This document shows, piece by piece, positions 1 to 10,142 of a stretch of 64,000 bases of DNA. A program made the translations under genes and the position numbers. The stretch is from Flavobacteriales bacterium (lineage in GTDB: Bacteria > Bacteroidota > Bacteroidia > Flavobacteriales > TMED113), in NCBI GenBank assembly GCA_002701365.1, contig NZUK01000012.1:32633-96632 (forward strand), in the 5' to 3' direction. Each line of letters opens with the position of its first letter. Within the stretch, counting starts at the first letter, position 1. The notes under the pieces are model-generated. The model was given only the letters and a program-made list of their open reading frames with translations. It did not search any database and was not told the origin of the DNA.

Positions 1-765
1 AGGCAATAAAGTTTTTGGATTAATCGTGTGACTTATTTTTATCGAATCAGAATAATAATAATTACGATATGAGCCAGATGTAGCAAGTGAAACATCTTTT
101 AAGTTTAAAATAAATGCAAAACCTCTTTCTCGATCTGTTGGCTTATCAATTCCAATTTTCCAACCACCCCCCATATTATCACCTGAACATCTAATTTCAC
201 CGCCAACCTCAATCATAAAATCATCTATATTCATTTTATGAAAATATTGAGCAATATAATCTACTGTAAAACCTTGAGCGATTCCATTTACATCAATAGT
301 AACTTCGTTGAATTTTATGATTTGATTATTTTGCAATTTTATTTTATCACAACCTATGTTAAGAGAATAAGGAATAGAATCATCACTAGAAGCCTTCTTT
401 TTTATTTTATCAGGGCCAAAACCCCAATAATCTACTAATGGTGCAATAGTAACATCAAACATACCATCAGTTTCATGACATATTTCAATAGATCGTTGTA
501 AAACTATTTCAAGTAATGAATCTATATCTACTACCATACCCGCATTAATTAAGTTAATTAATGAGTTGTCAATGTAGGAAGACATTGATAAGTCAATATT
601 TTTTAAAAGACTATCTATCTCATAATAACTTATAAGATCATCTAGATGATTATATTTTATCATATAGCTTGTACCTTGAGTAAAGCCATTCAAACTATGT
701 TGTTGAACATCATCTTGACAAGAAAAAAAAATTAAAAATATAGAGATATATAATATTTTATTCAC
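1..765 (-). CDS. apbE: FAD:protein FMN transferase ApbE, lipoprotein; 3' end runs off the window
   Basis: Not in the ORF track. Spot translation of the minus strand gives GTG at 765, MNKILYISIFLIFFSC (lipobox), GFTQGTSY, SLATSGSYRNY and HTINPKTLLP at the window edge, all in one frame. Lies directly downstream of nqrF. Confidence 0.9.
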   Translation of the reverse strand, partial: MNKILYISIFLIFFSCQDDVQQHSLNGFTQGTSYMIKYNHLDDLISYYEIDSLLKNIDLSMSSYIDNSLINLINAGMVVDIDSLLEIVLQRSIEICHETDGMFDVTIAPLVDYWGFGPDKIKKKASSDDSIPYSLNIGCDKIKLQNNQIIKFNEVTIDVNGIAQGFTVDYIAQYFHKMNIDDFMIEVGGEIRCSGDNMGGGWKIGIDKPTDRERGFAFILNLKDVSLATSGSYRNYYYSDSIKISHTINPKTLLP

Positions 766-2053
766 CAAAGTCATCAAAGTCTACATTTTCTTCCGGTATA
801 CCCCAATCATCACACATTTTCAAAACTGCTTGATTCATAAGTGGAGGACCACAAAAATAAACTTCTATATCTTCGGGGGCCTCATGATTTTTAAAATGGT
901 GGTCAATTACAGTGTCATGAATAAAGCCAACAAAACCATCTCCCTTGTCATCAAGGCCTTTCTTTTCCACCCAGTTGTCTTCAGGTAGGGGTTCAGATAG
1001 GGCAATATGAAATTTAAAATTTGGAAATTCTTTTTCAATAGCTCTAAAATCATCTAAATAAAATAACTCTCTTTTTGATCTTCCGCCATAAAAGAAAGTT
1101 ACCTTTCTTGTAGTTTTTAACGTATGAAATAAATGAAACAAATGCGACCGCATAGGAGCCATACCAGCTCCACCACCAATATAAACCATTTCATTTTCTG
1201 TTTCCTTAATAAAGAACTCTCCATACGGACCTGATACAGTAACTTTATCTCCTGGTTTCAAGGAATACACATAAGAGGAACATACTCCAGGATTTACATT
1301 CATCCAAGTATTTTTAGTTCTATCCCAAGGAGGAGTCGCAATACGAATATTTAACATCACTATGTTCCCTTCAGCAGGATGATTAGCCATTGAATAAGCA
1401 CGAAAAACAGGTTCATCATTTTTCATATTTAAGTCCCATAAAGCAAATTTATCCCACTCACCTTTAAACTTATCTTGACCTGCTTCATCTTTCGGATGAG
1501 GTGATATATCCATTTCATTGTAGGCCACTTCAATTTCTGGAACATCAATTTGTATATAACCACCCGCCTCAAAATCAAGTTTCTCGCCTTCTGGCAGTTT
1601 TACAACAAATTCCTTAATAAAGGATGCGACACTATAATTTGAAACTACTTCGCATTCCCATTTCTTTATTCCAAAAATTTCTTCAGGAATATTAATATCC
1701 ATGTCATTTTTTATTTTTACCTGACAACCTAAACGCCAATTTTCTTGTATTTCTTTTCTTGAAAAATATGGCTTTTCTGTTGGAAGAATTTCTCCACCAC
1801 CTGAGTTCACCTGACACTTACACATAGCACAAGTACCACCACCACCACAAGCAGAAGGTAGAAAAATTTTGTTATCACCGAGCGTTCCCAGGATTGTCCC
1901 ACCCGGATTAATAGTAATATTTTCCTTTCCGTTGATTGTTAAGGTAACTTCACCAGAGGGCAACAACTTTGATTTAGCAAAAAGTAATATACTGACTAAA
2001 GATAGTATAACAACTAAAAAGAAAACTACTGCAGCAATTATAGTATATATCAT
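758..2053 (-). CDS. nqrF: Na+-translocating NADH:quinone oxidoreductase subunit F
   Basis: 2Fe-2S motif SACGGGGTCAMC, RAYSMAN, GGGAGMAP, YFCGPP and C-terminal DDFG. The ATG at 2053 (MIYTIIAAV) is more likely than the track start at 2080. Confidence 0.97.
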   Translation of the reverse strand: MIYTIIAAVVFFLVVILSLVSILLFAKSKLLPSGEVTLTINGKENITINPGGTILGTLGDNKIFLPSACGGGGTCAMCKCQVNSGGGEILPTEKPYFSRKEIQENWRLGCQVKIKNDMDINIPEEIFGIKKWECEVVSNYSVASFIKEFVVKLPEGEKLDFEAGGYIQIDVPEIEVAYNEMDISPHPKDEAGQDKFKGEWDKFALWDLNMKNDEPVFRAYSMANHPAEGNIVMLNIRIATPPWDRTKNTWMNVNPGVCSSYVYSLKPGDKVTVSGPYGEFFIKETENEMVYIGGGAGMAPMRSHLFHLFHTLKTTRKVTFFYGGRSKRELFYLDDFRAIEKEFPNFKFHIALSEPLPEDNWVEKKGLDDKGDGFVGFIHDTVIDHHFKNHEAPEDIEVYFCGPPLMNQAVLKMCDDWGIPEENVDFDDFGE

Positions 2054-2055
2054 AA

Positions 2056-2670
2056 TTAAATTTTTATTCCCATAAAGCACATAAATGCTATGCCCATTAA
2101 ACCAGTAATAATGTACGTAATACCTAGTCCTCTTAAAGGAGCAGGCACGTTTGAATATCTTATCTTTTCTCTAATAGCAGCAATAGCAACAATAGCTAAA
2201 TACCAGCCAACTCCTGATCCTAAAGCAAAAGAAGTAGCTTCTATTATAGTAGAATACTGTCTTTCTTGCATAAATAAAGCTCCACCTAATATTGCACAAT
2301 TAACAGCAATTAAAGGCAAGAAAATACCCAGAGAGCTATATAAAGCTGGAGAAAATTTCTCTATAATCATTTCAACAAGTTGAACCATTGCAGAAACAAC
2401 TGCAATAAACATAATTAAACTTAACACGTTTAAATCAACACTAACAAAATTATCTCCCAACCACTGTAGCGCACCAGCTTTTAAAATTTGATTTTCTAAA
2501 ATATAATTAACAGGAACAGTAATCCCTAGTACAAAAATAACTGCTAAGCCTAATCCATTAGCAGTAGGTACGGTTTTAGATACCGCTAAATATGAACACA
2601 TACCCAGAAAATAGGCAAAAATCATATTATCAATAAAAACACCTTTAATAAAAATATTTACTAAATCCAT
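2056..2670 (-). CDS. nqrE: Na+-NQR subunit E
   Basis: FLGMCSYLAVS, GIFLPLIAVNCAILG, VPAPLRGLGI; position in operon. Confidence 0.97.
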   Translation of the reverse strand: MDLVNIFIKGVFIDNMIFAYFLGMCSYLAVSKTVPTANGLGLAVIFVLGITVPVNYILENQILKAGALQWLGDNFVSVDLNVLSLIMFIAVVSAMVQLVEMIIEKFSPALYSSLGIFLPLIAVNCAILGGALFMQERQYSTIIEATSFALGSGVGWYLAIVAIAAIREKIRYSNVPAPLRGLGITYIITGLMGIAFMCFMGIKI

Positions 2671-2671
2671 A

Positions 2672-3310
2672 TTAATTTTCTTCTATTAAATCGTTATTTC
2701 TAGCTCTTTGCATCCATATAATTAAACCAACAACAATTAAGGCCATAGGTGGTAAAATCATAAGATTGTTATTCATATATCCCAGTTCATATAGATAATT
2801 AAACCCTGGCACTTCGTATCCCATCAATTTACCAGAACCAAATAATTCTCGAACAAAAGCAACGGCAACCAAAATCCAACCATATCCAAAAGCATTACCA
2901 AGAGCATCTAAAAACGAATCCCACAGCTTATTTCCCATTGCAAAAGCCTCAAGTCTACCCATAATAATACAATTAGTAATTATTAAACCAATAAAAACAG
3001 ATAATTGTTCTGAAGCATCCGGCAAAAATGCTTTTAATATTTGATCAACCAAAGCAACTAAAGATGCAACAACTAACAATTGAACAATGATTCTAATTCT
3101 ATTAGGGATGTTATTTCTAAGAATTGAAATTATTGAACTCGCCGAAGTCATAACAAAAATAACAGCAAGGGTCATAACAAGTGCATTTTCTAATTGAGTA
3201 GTAATAGCAAGCGCAGAGCAAATTCCAAGCACTTGAATTGTAATAGGGTTTTGATCACCCATAGGGTCTGCTATTAGCTTTTGATGTTGTTTGTTAAAAA
3301 AAGACTTCAT
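2672..3310 (-). CDS. nqrD: Na+-NQR subunit D
   Basis: QVLGICSALA, GLIITNCIIMGRLEAFA; position in operon. Confidence 0.97.
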   Translation of the reverse strand: MKSFFNKQHQKLIADPMGDQNPITIQVLGICSALAITTQLENALVMTLAVIFVMTSASSIISILRNNIPNRIRIIVQLLVVASLVALVDQILKAFLPDASEQLSVFIGLIITNCIIMGRLEAFAMGNKLWDSFLDALGNAFGYGWILVAVAFVRELFGSGKLMGYEVPGFNYLYELGYMNNNLMILPPMALIVVGLIIWMQRARNNDLIEEN

Positions 3311-4065
3311 TGCATATTAATATTATTGGTGTTAATTAATTGAGCTGTTGTATCATTTACAATATTGATTGCAGAAAAATAATTATCATAAACCTTTAGA
3401 GTATTGAATAGCATATCAGACACACCGTCACTAGTAATAGTCCCGCCCGTAATCCCATCAACTTGATGCATATTACCTTCTTCTGCACCACCTTTTTTTA
3501 CTTCAATTGAAACAAATTCGCCTAAATAATTTTTAATTTTTTTGCCCTTAAAAGGCAATTCAAAAATATCTGTATTTATCTCTGCTCCTAAACCTGGAGT
3601 CTCTGCTTTGTGATCAAATACCGCACCATAAACAGTGTTATAGTCTTTTTCTAAGGCAACAAATCCCCAGACTGGCCCCCAAAGACCAGTACCCGCCATT
3701 GGGACAATGAAGTAAGTTTGATTATCTTTCTCTGCAGTGTAAAAAGGATATTTAAAATCATTAGGAGAAAGTGTTTTATCTCTATATTGAAATAACACGT
3801 CAATGTTAAATGCTGAACCATCAATAATTTCGCCTTTATTACTTATAATTGTTTCAGAACTAATATACTTCGCGTACTTTTCTTTTGCCTGAGTTCTTGT
3901 TGCATCAACACCAATAGCACTTAAAATATCAATCATTTTTTTATCAGCGGCATTTTGTTTTTTTCTAGGCTGTAAAACTTCCGATGTAAAAGCCAATACT
4001 GTACCAATAACAAGTACCATTATAACAGCAAATGTAAACGTATATGTATTACTTTCTTTATTCAT
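3307..4065 (-). CDS. nqrC: Na+-NQR subunit C
   Basis: GLWGPVWG, HKAETPGLGAEI and the FMN-attachment motif DGITGGTITS. Confidence 0.97.
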   Translation of the reverse strand: MNKESNTYTFTFAVIMVLVIGTVLAFTSEVLQPRKKQNAADKKMIDILSAIGVDATRTQAKEKYAKYISSETIISNKGEIIDGSAFNIDVLFQYRDKTLSPNDFKYPFYTAEKDNQTYFIVPMAGTGLWGPVWGFVALEKDYNTVYGAVFDHKAETPGLGAEINTDIFELPFKGKKIKNYLGEFVSIEVKKGGAEEGNMHQVDGITGGTITSDGVSDMLFNTLKVYDNYFSAINIVNDTTAQLINTNNINMQ

Positions 4066-5284
4066 TAACTTTTATTCTTTTTAACCTTCTATTAATATTT
4101 GCCTGAACAACATAGTGATCAATTAATGGAGCCATAATATTCATAAATAAAATTGCAACCATAACACCCTCAGGATATGCAGGATTAAAAACTCTTATCA
4201 TAATTGATAATACACCACACAAAAATCCATAAATAATTTTTCCTCTGTTAGTTTGAGCAGCAGATACAGGATCAGTTGCCATGAAAACCATGCCAAATAA
4301 AAAACTACCTATGCATAATTGATGTAAGGGATCTAATGACATAAATAAATTAGTATCCGGGGCAACCCAATTAAAAATATATGCCATAGATAAACCACCA
4401 ACAAACATGGAAGCCATGATACGGAAGGAACCAATCCCAGTAAATAATAAGATAAGTGCTCCGATCAAAATTGCGATTACTGATGTTTCGCCAATAGATC
4501 CTGGAATTATTCCAAAAAAGGAGTTAGACAAACTATATAAACCATCTCCAAGGAATTCCTTAGACTTATTTATTACTTCTGTGTTTAAAGGATTAACATT
4601 TACCAAACTTGCTAATTGACCTAGCGCAGTTTCTCCTGAAATACCATCTATACTATCTGCAGAATGAACCCAAACTTTATCTCCTGACATTTTAGTTGGA
4701 TAAGCAAAAAATATAAATGCTCGAGCTGTCAAAGCAGGATTAACTATATTCATTCCTGTTCCACCAAAAACTTCTTTACCAATAACAACTGCAAAAATAA
4801 CTGACAAAGCTAACATCCAGAGAGGAACATCAATTGGCATAGTTAAAGGAATAAGCATACCTGTTACAAGATACCCTTCATTAACTTGGTGTTTTCTTTG
4901 CACAGCAAATGCGAACTCAATACCTAAGCCTACAACATATGATACAATAATTAGGGGTAACACCTTCCATAAACCAAATAAGAAGTGATCAAAGATAGAG
5001 TATACTTCTTGATATCCGTCCATTCCGCTTGTTAACTGAGAATGATATTGATAACCTGTATTCCACATACCAAATAATAAACAAGGTAACAAAGCAATAA
5101 TCACTAAAACCATTGTTCGTTTTAAATCTACTGAATCTTTTATGTGAGTACCTCTATTTGATGTATGGTTCGGTACAAATAAAAAAGTTTCAAAAGCATC
5201 ATATGCAGGATACAAAGTATGTAACCTGCCTCCCTCCTCGAAATGAGGCTTTATTTTTCTTAATATATTATGCATTAACTTCAT
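4058..5284 (-). CDS. nqrB: Na+-NQR subunit B
   Basis: DLKRTM, KEVFGGTGMN, FMN motif DGISGET, GSIGETS, MATDPVS, NPAYPEG. Confidence 0.97.
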   Translation of the reverse strand: MKLMHNILRKIKPHFEEGGRLHTLYPAYDAFETFLFVPNHTSNRGTHIKDSVDLKRTMVLVIIALLPCLLFGMWNTGYQYHSQLTSGMDGYQEVYSIFDHFLFGLWKVLPLIIVSYVVGLGIEFAFAVQRKHQVNEGYLVTGMLIPLTMPIDVPLWMLALSVIFAVVIGKEVFGGTGMNIVNPALTARAFIFFAYPTKMSGDKVWVHSADSIDGISGETALGQLASLVNVNPLNTEVINKSKEFLGDGLYSLSNSFFGIIPGSIGETSVIAILIGALILLFTGIGSFRIMASMFVGGLSMAYIFNWVAPDTNLFMSLDPLHQLCIGSFLFGMVFMATDPVSAAQTNRGKIIYGFLCGVLSIMIRVFNPAYPEGVMVAILFMNIMAPLIDHYVVQANINRRLKRIKVNE

Positions 5285-6631
5285 TTAACTACACTCTTTT
5301 TTTATTAAATCTAAACCTCTTCTTATGATTGACTGAACAGGTATTTTTGAAGTACAAGCAAACTCACACAAAGCAAAATCCTCTGAATCAACTTCATATA
5401 TTCCTAAATGCTCCATTAGTTCTATATCTTCAATTAAGATCGCTTTAATTAATTGCACTGGAAATACATCAATAGGCATATAAGACTCATATTGCCCCGT
5501 CACTACATAAGCTCTTTCTTCACCATGAGTATTAGAATCTAAATCATATTCTTTAGTAGAACTTAACCACGAAAAAAATGTTCTTGATAAACTATATTTT
5601 GAAAACCCAGGCAACAACCAACCAAAAAACTCACTATAATTTCCCTCAGGAATAATTGATAATTGAAAATCATAAAAACCTAGGTATCCATCTTTTTGTA
5701 TTCTAGTGCCAGTTAAAACATTACCACTAATAAAACGCTTATCTCCTTCAATCAAATTATCTTGTATCATATTGGAAATAGACATACCCTGCATCACTCT
5801 GCAGTAACGAGGTTTTTTTACCATTGAACCCGACAACACAACAATTCTTGATCGATCATACTTTGCATCACGAAAAAATCTAGCAATTGACACAATATCT
5901 TGAGGTGCAAGATACCAAACAACATCTCCTTTATTTATTGGATCAATATGGTGAATCTGAACACCAACATTACCAGCAGGATGTGGTCCATATATATGAT
6001 TAATTTGTACACCTTTGGCATTATTAAAAACTTTTGCTGCATTAGAATTACCATCTAAATTCAAGTGAGTTGTACCATCTGTTAGTTGAGTAACAATATC
6101 TAAACCTAACTGAAACAAATCAGTATCACCATGAAATACAAAATCATTATCAGGAGCAAGGGGAGAAGAATCAAAACCCGAAATAAAGATAGATTTTGGC
6201 ATATCCTGAGGATTTGCGATAGTTGCAAAGGGGCGTTGTCTAATTAAAGGCCAAAGACCTGACACTAATAAGTCATCTATAATACTTTGACGATCTAAAG
6301 ATGCTAAATCTCTTTTTTCAAAGTTTTTATATTTTATTTCTTGATCCGCAGAAATAATAATTTCTAATATTTTTCTTTTTTCACCTCTAACAATGTCATG
6401 CACAACTCCACTAACTGGAGAGGTGAATTTAATAGCATCACAATTTTTATCATAAAAAACAACATCTCCAGCATCAACACGATCTCCAACTTTGACTTGC
6501 AATTTTGGAGTTAAAAGATGAAAATCAGTTGGTTTTAGGGCGCAAAAATCTGATTGAGGAATATTAGCATAAACTCTATCGGCAATACCTTTGATTTTAA
6601 TGTCTGCTCCTTTAGATAATTTGATATCCAT
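5285..6631 (-). CDS. nqrA: Na+-NQR subunit A
   Basis: FTSPVSG, GPHPAGNVG, ISGNVLTG, EDFALCEFACTSK; first gene of the operon. Confidence 0.96.
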   Translation of the reverse strand: MDIKLSKGADIKIKGIADRVYANIPQSDFCALKPTDFHLLTPKLQVKVGDRVDAGDVVFYDKNCDAIKFTSPVSGVVHDIVRGEKRKILEIIISADQEIKYKNFEKRDLASLDRQSIIDDLLVSGLWPLIRQRPFATIANPQDMPKSIFISGFDSSPLAPDNDFVFHGDTDLFQLGLDIVTQLTDGTTHLNLDGNSNAAKVFNNAKGVQINHIYGPHPAGNVGVQIHHIDPINKGDVVWYLAPQDIVSIARFFRDAKYDRSRIVVLSGSMVKKPRYCRVMQGMSISNMIQDNLIEGDKRFISGNVLTGTRIQKDGYLGFYDFQLSIIPEGNYSEFFGWLLPGFSKYSLSRTFFSWLSSTKEYDLDSNTHGEERAYVVTGQYESYMPIDVFPVQLIKAILIEDIELMEHLGIYEVDSEDFALCEFACTSKIPVQSIIRRGLDLIKKECS

Positions 6632-6670
6632 GTATACTAAGATTATTTTAGATTACCATTTTTAGCAATT

Positions 6671-6678
6671 CAAAAATA
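6671..6678 (-). promoter_or_regulatory. Bacteroidota -7 promoter element (TAttTTTG) for the nqr operon
   Basis: Reverse complement of caaaaata matches TAnnTTTG, about 40 nt upstream of nqrA. Confidence 0.55.
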
Positions 6679-6731
6679 GAAACTTATTTAAATTGAAACA
6701 TATTTTAATTTAAAAATTTTTAACAAAATAC

Positions 6732-6756
6732 ATAATTTAGAAACATTCTAAATTAT
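6732..6756. promoter_or_regulatory. Perfect inverted repeat ATAATTTAGAA-ACA-TTCTAAATTAT; putative Fur-type operator
   Basis: Perfect 11-bp arms with a 3-nt spacer, in the divergent nqrA/DUF5103 intergenic region. Confidence 0.6.
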
Positions 6757-6835
6757 AAAAATTTGTGAAACTTTGACTATTAGGCAATTATCAATTCATA
6801 TAAGTTTTATTAATTTTAATTAAATTACTTTAATT

Positions 6836-8149
6836 ATGAACAGTAAATTTATCTTTTTGAGTTGCTTATCTTTATTTCTAATAAATCAGACTAGAGCACA
6901 ATCTTTTGACATATATAATGAATTTGTTTTTTTAAAAGACTTCAGCTATAATACCAAAAAATCAAATTCCTCTATTAATTTCGCAAAATCTGTTAAAATA
7001 GAACATGAAGTCAACGAATTACTTGACCCCATTATAGAGCTAAATTCCTCTGAAAAATTAAAATTATCATTTGACATTTTGGCTTCAGAATCCACAACAT
7101 ACGCGTATACTTTTATTCATTGCGATAGTGATTGGCAATACTCAGACATTACACAATCTGAATACTTAAATGGATTTTTTGATAACTATATTAACAACTT
7201 TGAATACTCATTTAACACACTTACACCATATGTAAACTATAATCTAGTTTTTCCTAATGAAGATGTTCAATTTAAAAAATCCGGTAACTATGTTATTTTA
7301 GTATATGACACTGAAAAAAATACACCTGTTTTGAGTAAAAGATTTATGATACACGAAGACATATTAAATATTAACATGTCAATTAAAATACCATCACTAC
7401 CACAAGACAGGGACACAAAACAAGAAATCGATTTTTATATTAAGAACTTTGAAAAACTGAATATTATAGACCCAACACAAGAATTAAAAATTATTATCCA
7501 AAAAAATGATGATTGGAATAATATAATTGACAATTGCAAACCAAGTTTTGTAAATAATAAAGTATTAGAATTTGATTACCAGGGAGATTTATCTTTTAAT
7601 GGAGGAAATGAATTTTTCGATTTCGATATGAAAAGTTTAAGATATCTTGGGAAAAACGTTTATTCTATTGAACAAAAAATGATACAAGGACATCAAATTT
7701 ATTGTATTGATTTATTTACAGACAAAATTAAAAATGAAGATTATGAATTTAAATATGATTTAAATGGTAAATATGTTTTATCTGTTAACGAAACAAAAGA
7801 TCGTAATACAGAAGGTGATTATGCATTAGTTAAATTTACTCTTATTAATAATGAAGTAACAAATCAGAATATATATGTATATGGAGAATTAACAAATTGG
7901 GACATATTACCAGAAGCAGAAATGAAATATGATTCTCAAAAAAAATATTATTACTGTTTTTTATACTTAAAACAAGGATACTATAATTATCAATATGTAA
8001 TATCAGATGAAAGTAAAATAACTTATTTGAATAATAACTATTCAGAAACACGCAACCAATACTCTATATATACATACCATACGCCTTCCTGGGGCAATTA
8101 TGATAGATTGGTTGGTATATCAAAAAACACATCAAATGCTCTGAAATAA
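6836..8149 (+). CDS. DUF5103 / T9SS plug-domain-type protein
   Basis: Signal peptide, then LSFD, HCDSDW, SFNT..YVNY, SGNY, GGNEF, LKQGYYNYQY and YDRLVG. This family is typically divergent from nqrA in Bacteroidota. Confidence 0.8.
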   Translation: MNSKFIFLSCLSLFLINQTRAQSFDIYNEFVFLKDFSYNTKKSNSSINFAKSVKIEHEVNELLDPIIELNSSEKLKLSFDILASESTTYAYTFIHCDSDWQYSDITQSEYLNGFFDNYINNFEYSFNTLTPYVNYNLVFPNEDVQFKKSGNYVILVYDTEKNTPVLSKRFMIHEDILNINMSIKIPSLPQDRDTKQEIDFYIKNFEKLNIIDPTQELKIIIQKNDDWNNIIDNCKPSFVNNKVLEFDYQGDLSFNGGNEFFDFDMKSLRYLGKNVYSIEQKMIQGHQIYCIDLFTDKIKNEDYEFKYDLNGKYVLSVNETKDRNTEGDYALVKFTLINNEVTNQNIYVYGELTNWDILPEAEMKYDSQKKYYYCFLYLKQGYYNYQYVISDESKITYLNNNYSETRNQYSIYTYHTPSWGNYDRLVGISKNTSNALK

Positions 8150-8195
8150 TTAATTATTATTATTTTTATAGCAACTCAATTATATCTATTAAAAA

Positions 8196-9827
8196 ATGAA
8201 TAATAATATTTCAAAACCACCAATCCCAAACTGTGAGCCTGTTAAGTCATATGCACCTAATTCTATTGAAAGAGCACAATTACAAGAAGAATATAAAAAA
8301 TCCATGAATAAAGTTATAGAAATACCTATGTGGATTAATGGGAAACACGTTAAATCAAAAAAAAAGAAACCTATATCCCCGCCACACAATCACAAACATA
8401 TTGTTGGACACTACTACGAGGGAAATACCACTCATGTTAACAATGCAATAAAGGCAGCAATAAAAGCCAAACGTGAATGGGAGGCAATGTGTTGGCAAGA
8501 TCGAGCATCAATATTTTTAAAAGCGGCTGACCTTCTAGCTGGTCCTTATAGACACAAAATTAATGCAGCTACAATGATTGGTCAATCAAAAAATGCATTT
8601 CAAGCAGAAATTGATGCAGCATGTGAATTTATTGATTTTTTAAAATTTAATGTAAAATTCATGCATGACATATATCAAGAGCAACCTGAATCATCTAGAG
8701 GAGTTTGGAATAGAATGGAGTATAGACCATTAGATGGCTTTATATATGCAATTACACCTTTCAACTTTACATCAATTGCTGCGAATTTGTGCGTAGCACC
8801 AGCATTAATGGGTAACACAATCGTATGGAAGCCTTCAGACCATCAAATATATTCAACCAAAATAATTATTGATTTATTTAAAGCAGCAGGTTTACCAGAT
8901 GGTGTTATCAATGTAGTTTACACAGATCCTGTACTAACCAGCAATATAATTTTTTCTCATCATGAGTTTGCAGGATTACACTTTACTGGATCAACCAAAG
9001 TATTTAAAGACATTTGGCAAACTATTGGCAAAAATATTAAATCGTATAAAAATTATCCAAGGATTGTAGGAGAAACTGGTGGAAAAGATTTTATACTAGC
9101 ACATAAATCTGCAGATCACAAAGAAGTAGTGACCGCCCTGATAAGAGGAGCTTTTGAATATCAAGGTCAAAAATGCTCTGCAGCATCTAGAGCATACATA
9201 CCAAAAGATAGATGGAAAAGTATTAAAACATTATTAATTAAAGAGCTACAAACTATTCAAGTGGGAGAACCTTCCGATTTTTCAAATTTCATGAATGCTG
9301 TAATTCACGAACAATCATTTAATAAATTAAAAGGGGTGATCAATAAAGTTCGAAAAGATAAAAATGCTGAAATTATTTTTGGAGGAGGATGTGATAAGTC
9401 CTCAGGTTATTTTATTGAACCCACCGTAATTGTTGCAAAAAAACCTGATTTCTTTACAATGAAAGAAGAATTGTTTGGTCCAGTGTTAACAATATATATA
9501 TACGATCAGAGTGATGATTTTGAAAAAATACTAAACATAATAGATGAAACATCTGAGTATAGTTTAACTGGATCGATATTTGCAAAAGACAGACAGATAA
9601 TAGCACAAGCATTAAAATCTCTAAAAATGTCTGCCGGCAATTTTTATATTAATGACAAACCTACTGGAGCCGTTGTGTCTCAGCAGCCATTTGGTGGAGG
9701 CAGAGCATCAGGCACTAATGATAAGGCAGGATCATATTTAAACTTGCTTAGATGGGTATCACCAAGAACGATAAAGGAGAACTTCGTACCTGACAAAGAT
9801 TATAGATATCCTTTCCTAAAAAAATGA
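8196..9827 (+). CDS. pruA: L-glutamate gamma-semialdehyde (1-pyrroline-5-carboxylate) dehydrogenase
   Basis: AEIDAACE, PFNFTSI, HFTGST, GETGGKDF, catalytic FEYQGQKCSA, NDKPTGAVV, SGTNDKAG. Confidence 0.95.
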   Translation: MNNNISKPPIPNCEPVKSYAPNSIERAQLQEEYKKSMNKVIEIPMWINGKHVKSKKKKPISPPHNHKHIVGHYYEGNTTHVNNAIKAAIKAKREWEAMCWQDRASIFLKAADLLAGPYRHKINAATMIGQSKNAFQAEIDAACEFIDFLKFNVKFMHDIYQEQPESSRGVWNRMEYRPLDGFIYAITPFNFTSIAANLCVAPALMGNTIVWKPSDHQIYSTKIIIDLFKAAGLPDGVINVVYTDPVLTSNIIFSHHEFAGLHFTGSTKVFKDIWQTIGKNIKSYKNYPRIVGETGGKDFILAHKSADHKEVVTALIRGAFEYQGQKCSAASRAYIPKDRWKSIKTLLIKELQTIQVGEPSDFSNFMNAVIHEQSFNKLKGVINKVRKDKNAEIIFGGGCDKSSGYFIEPTVIVAKKPDFFTMKEELFGPVLTIYIYDQSDDFEKILNIIDETSEYSLTGSIFAKDRQIIAQALKSLKMSAGNFYINDKPTGAVVSQQPFGGGRASGTNDKAGSYLNLLRWVSPRTIKENFVPDKDYRYPFLKK

Positions 9828-10135
9828 AGCAATATATAATTAGATTTTATACAAAAATTCCTAGGTGGATCAAAAACAGATATTTTTTATCTGTAGTTAT
9901 ATTTTGTACTTGGATAATCTTTTTTGACACAAACTCAATATTAGTTCAAGCCAATAAACAAAACGACATAAATAAACTAGAAAGTGACATCGAATACTAT
10001 ATCAGAGAAATTGAACAAGATCAAAAATTGCTTAATATTATAAGAACAGATTCATTAACACTAGATTTAGAAAAATACTTTAGAGAAGTACTTTTTTTAT
10101 CAAAAAAAAATGAAGAAGTATTTATCATTGAATAA
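9824..10135 (+). CDS. FtsB/DivIC family septum formation initiator
   Basis: KNRY, one TM segment ending W..FFD.NS, coiled coil, LEKYFRE...KKNEEVFII. Confidence 0.8.
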   Translation: MKQYIIRFYTKIPRWIKNRYFLSVVIFCTWIIFFDTNSILVQANKQNDINKLESDIEYYIREIEQDQKLLNIIRTDSLTLDLEKYFREVLFLSKKNEEVFIIE

Positions 10136-10142
10136 AAATATA

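Noticed and set aside
238-438. 66 aa plus-strand ORF, and the many other 60-110 aa ORFs overlapping longer genes
   Set aside because: They lie antisense or out of frame within well-supported genes (here apbE) and show no family motifs.
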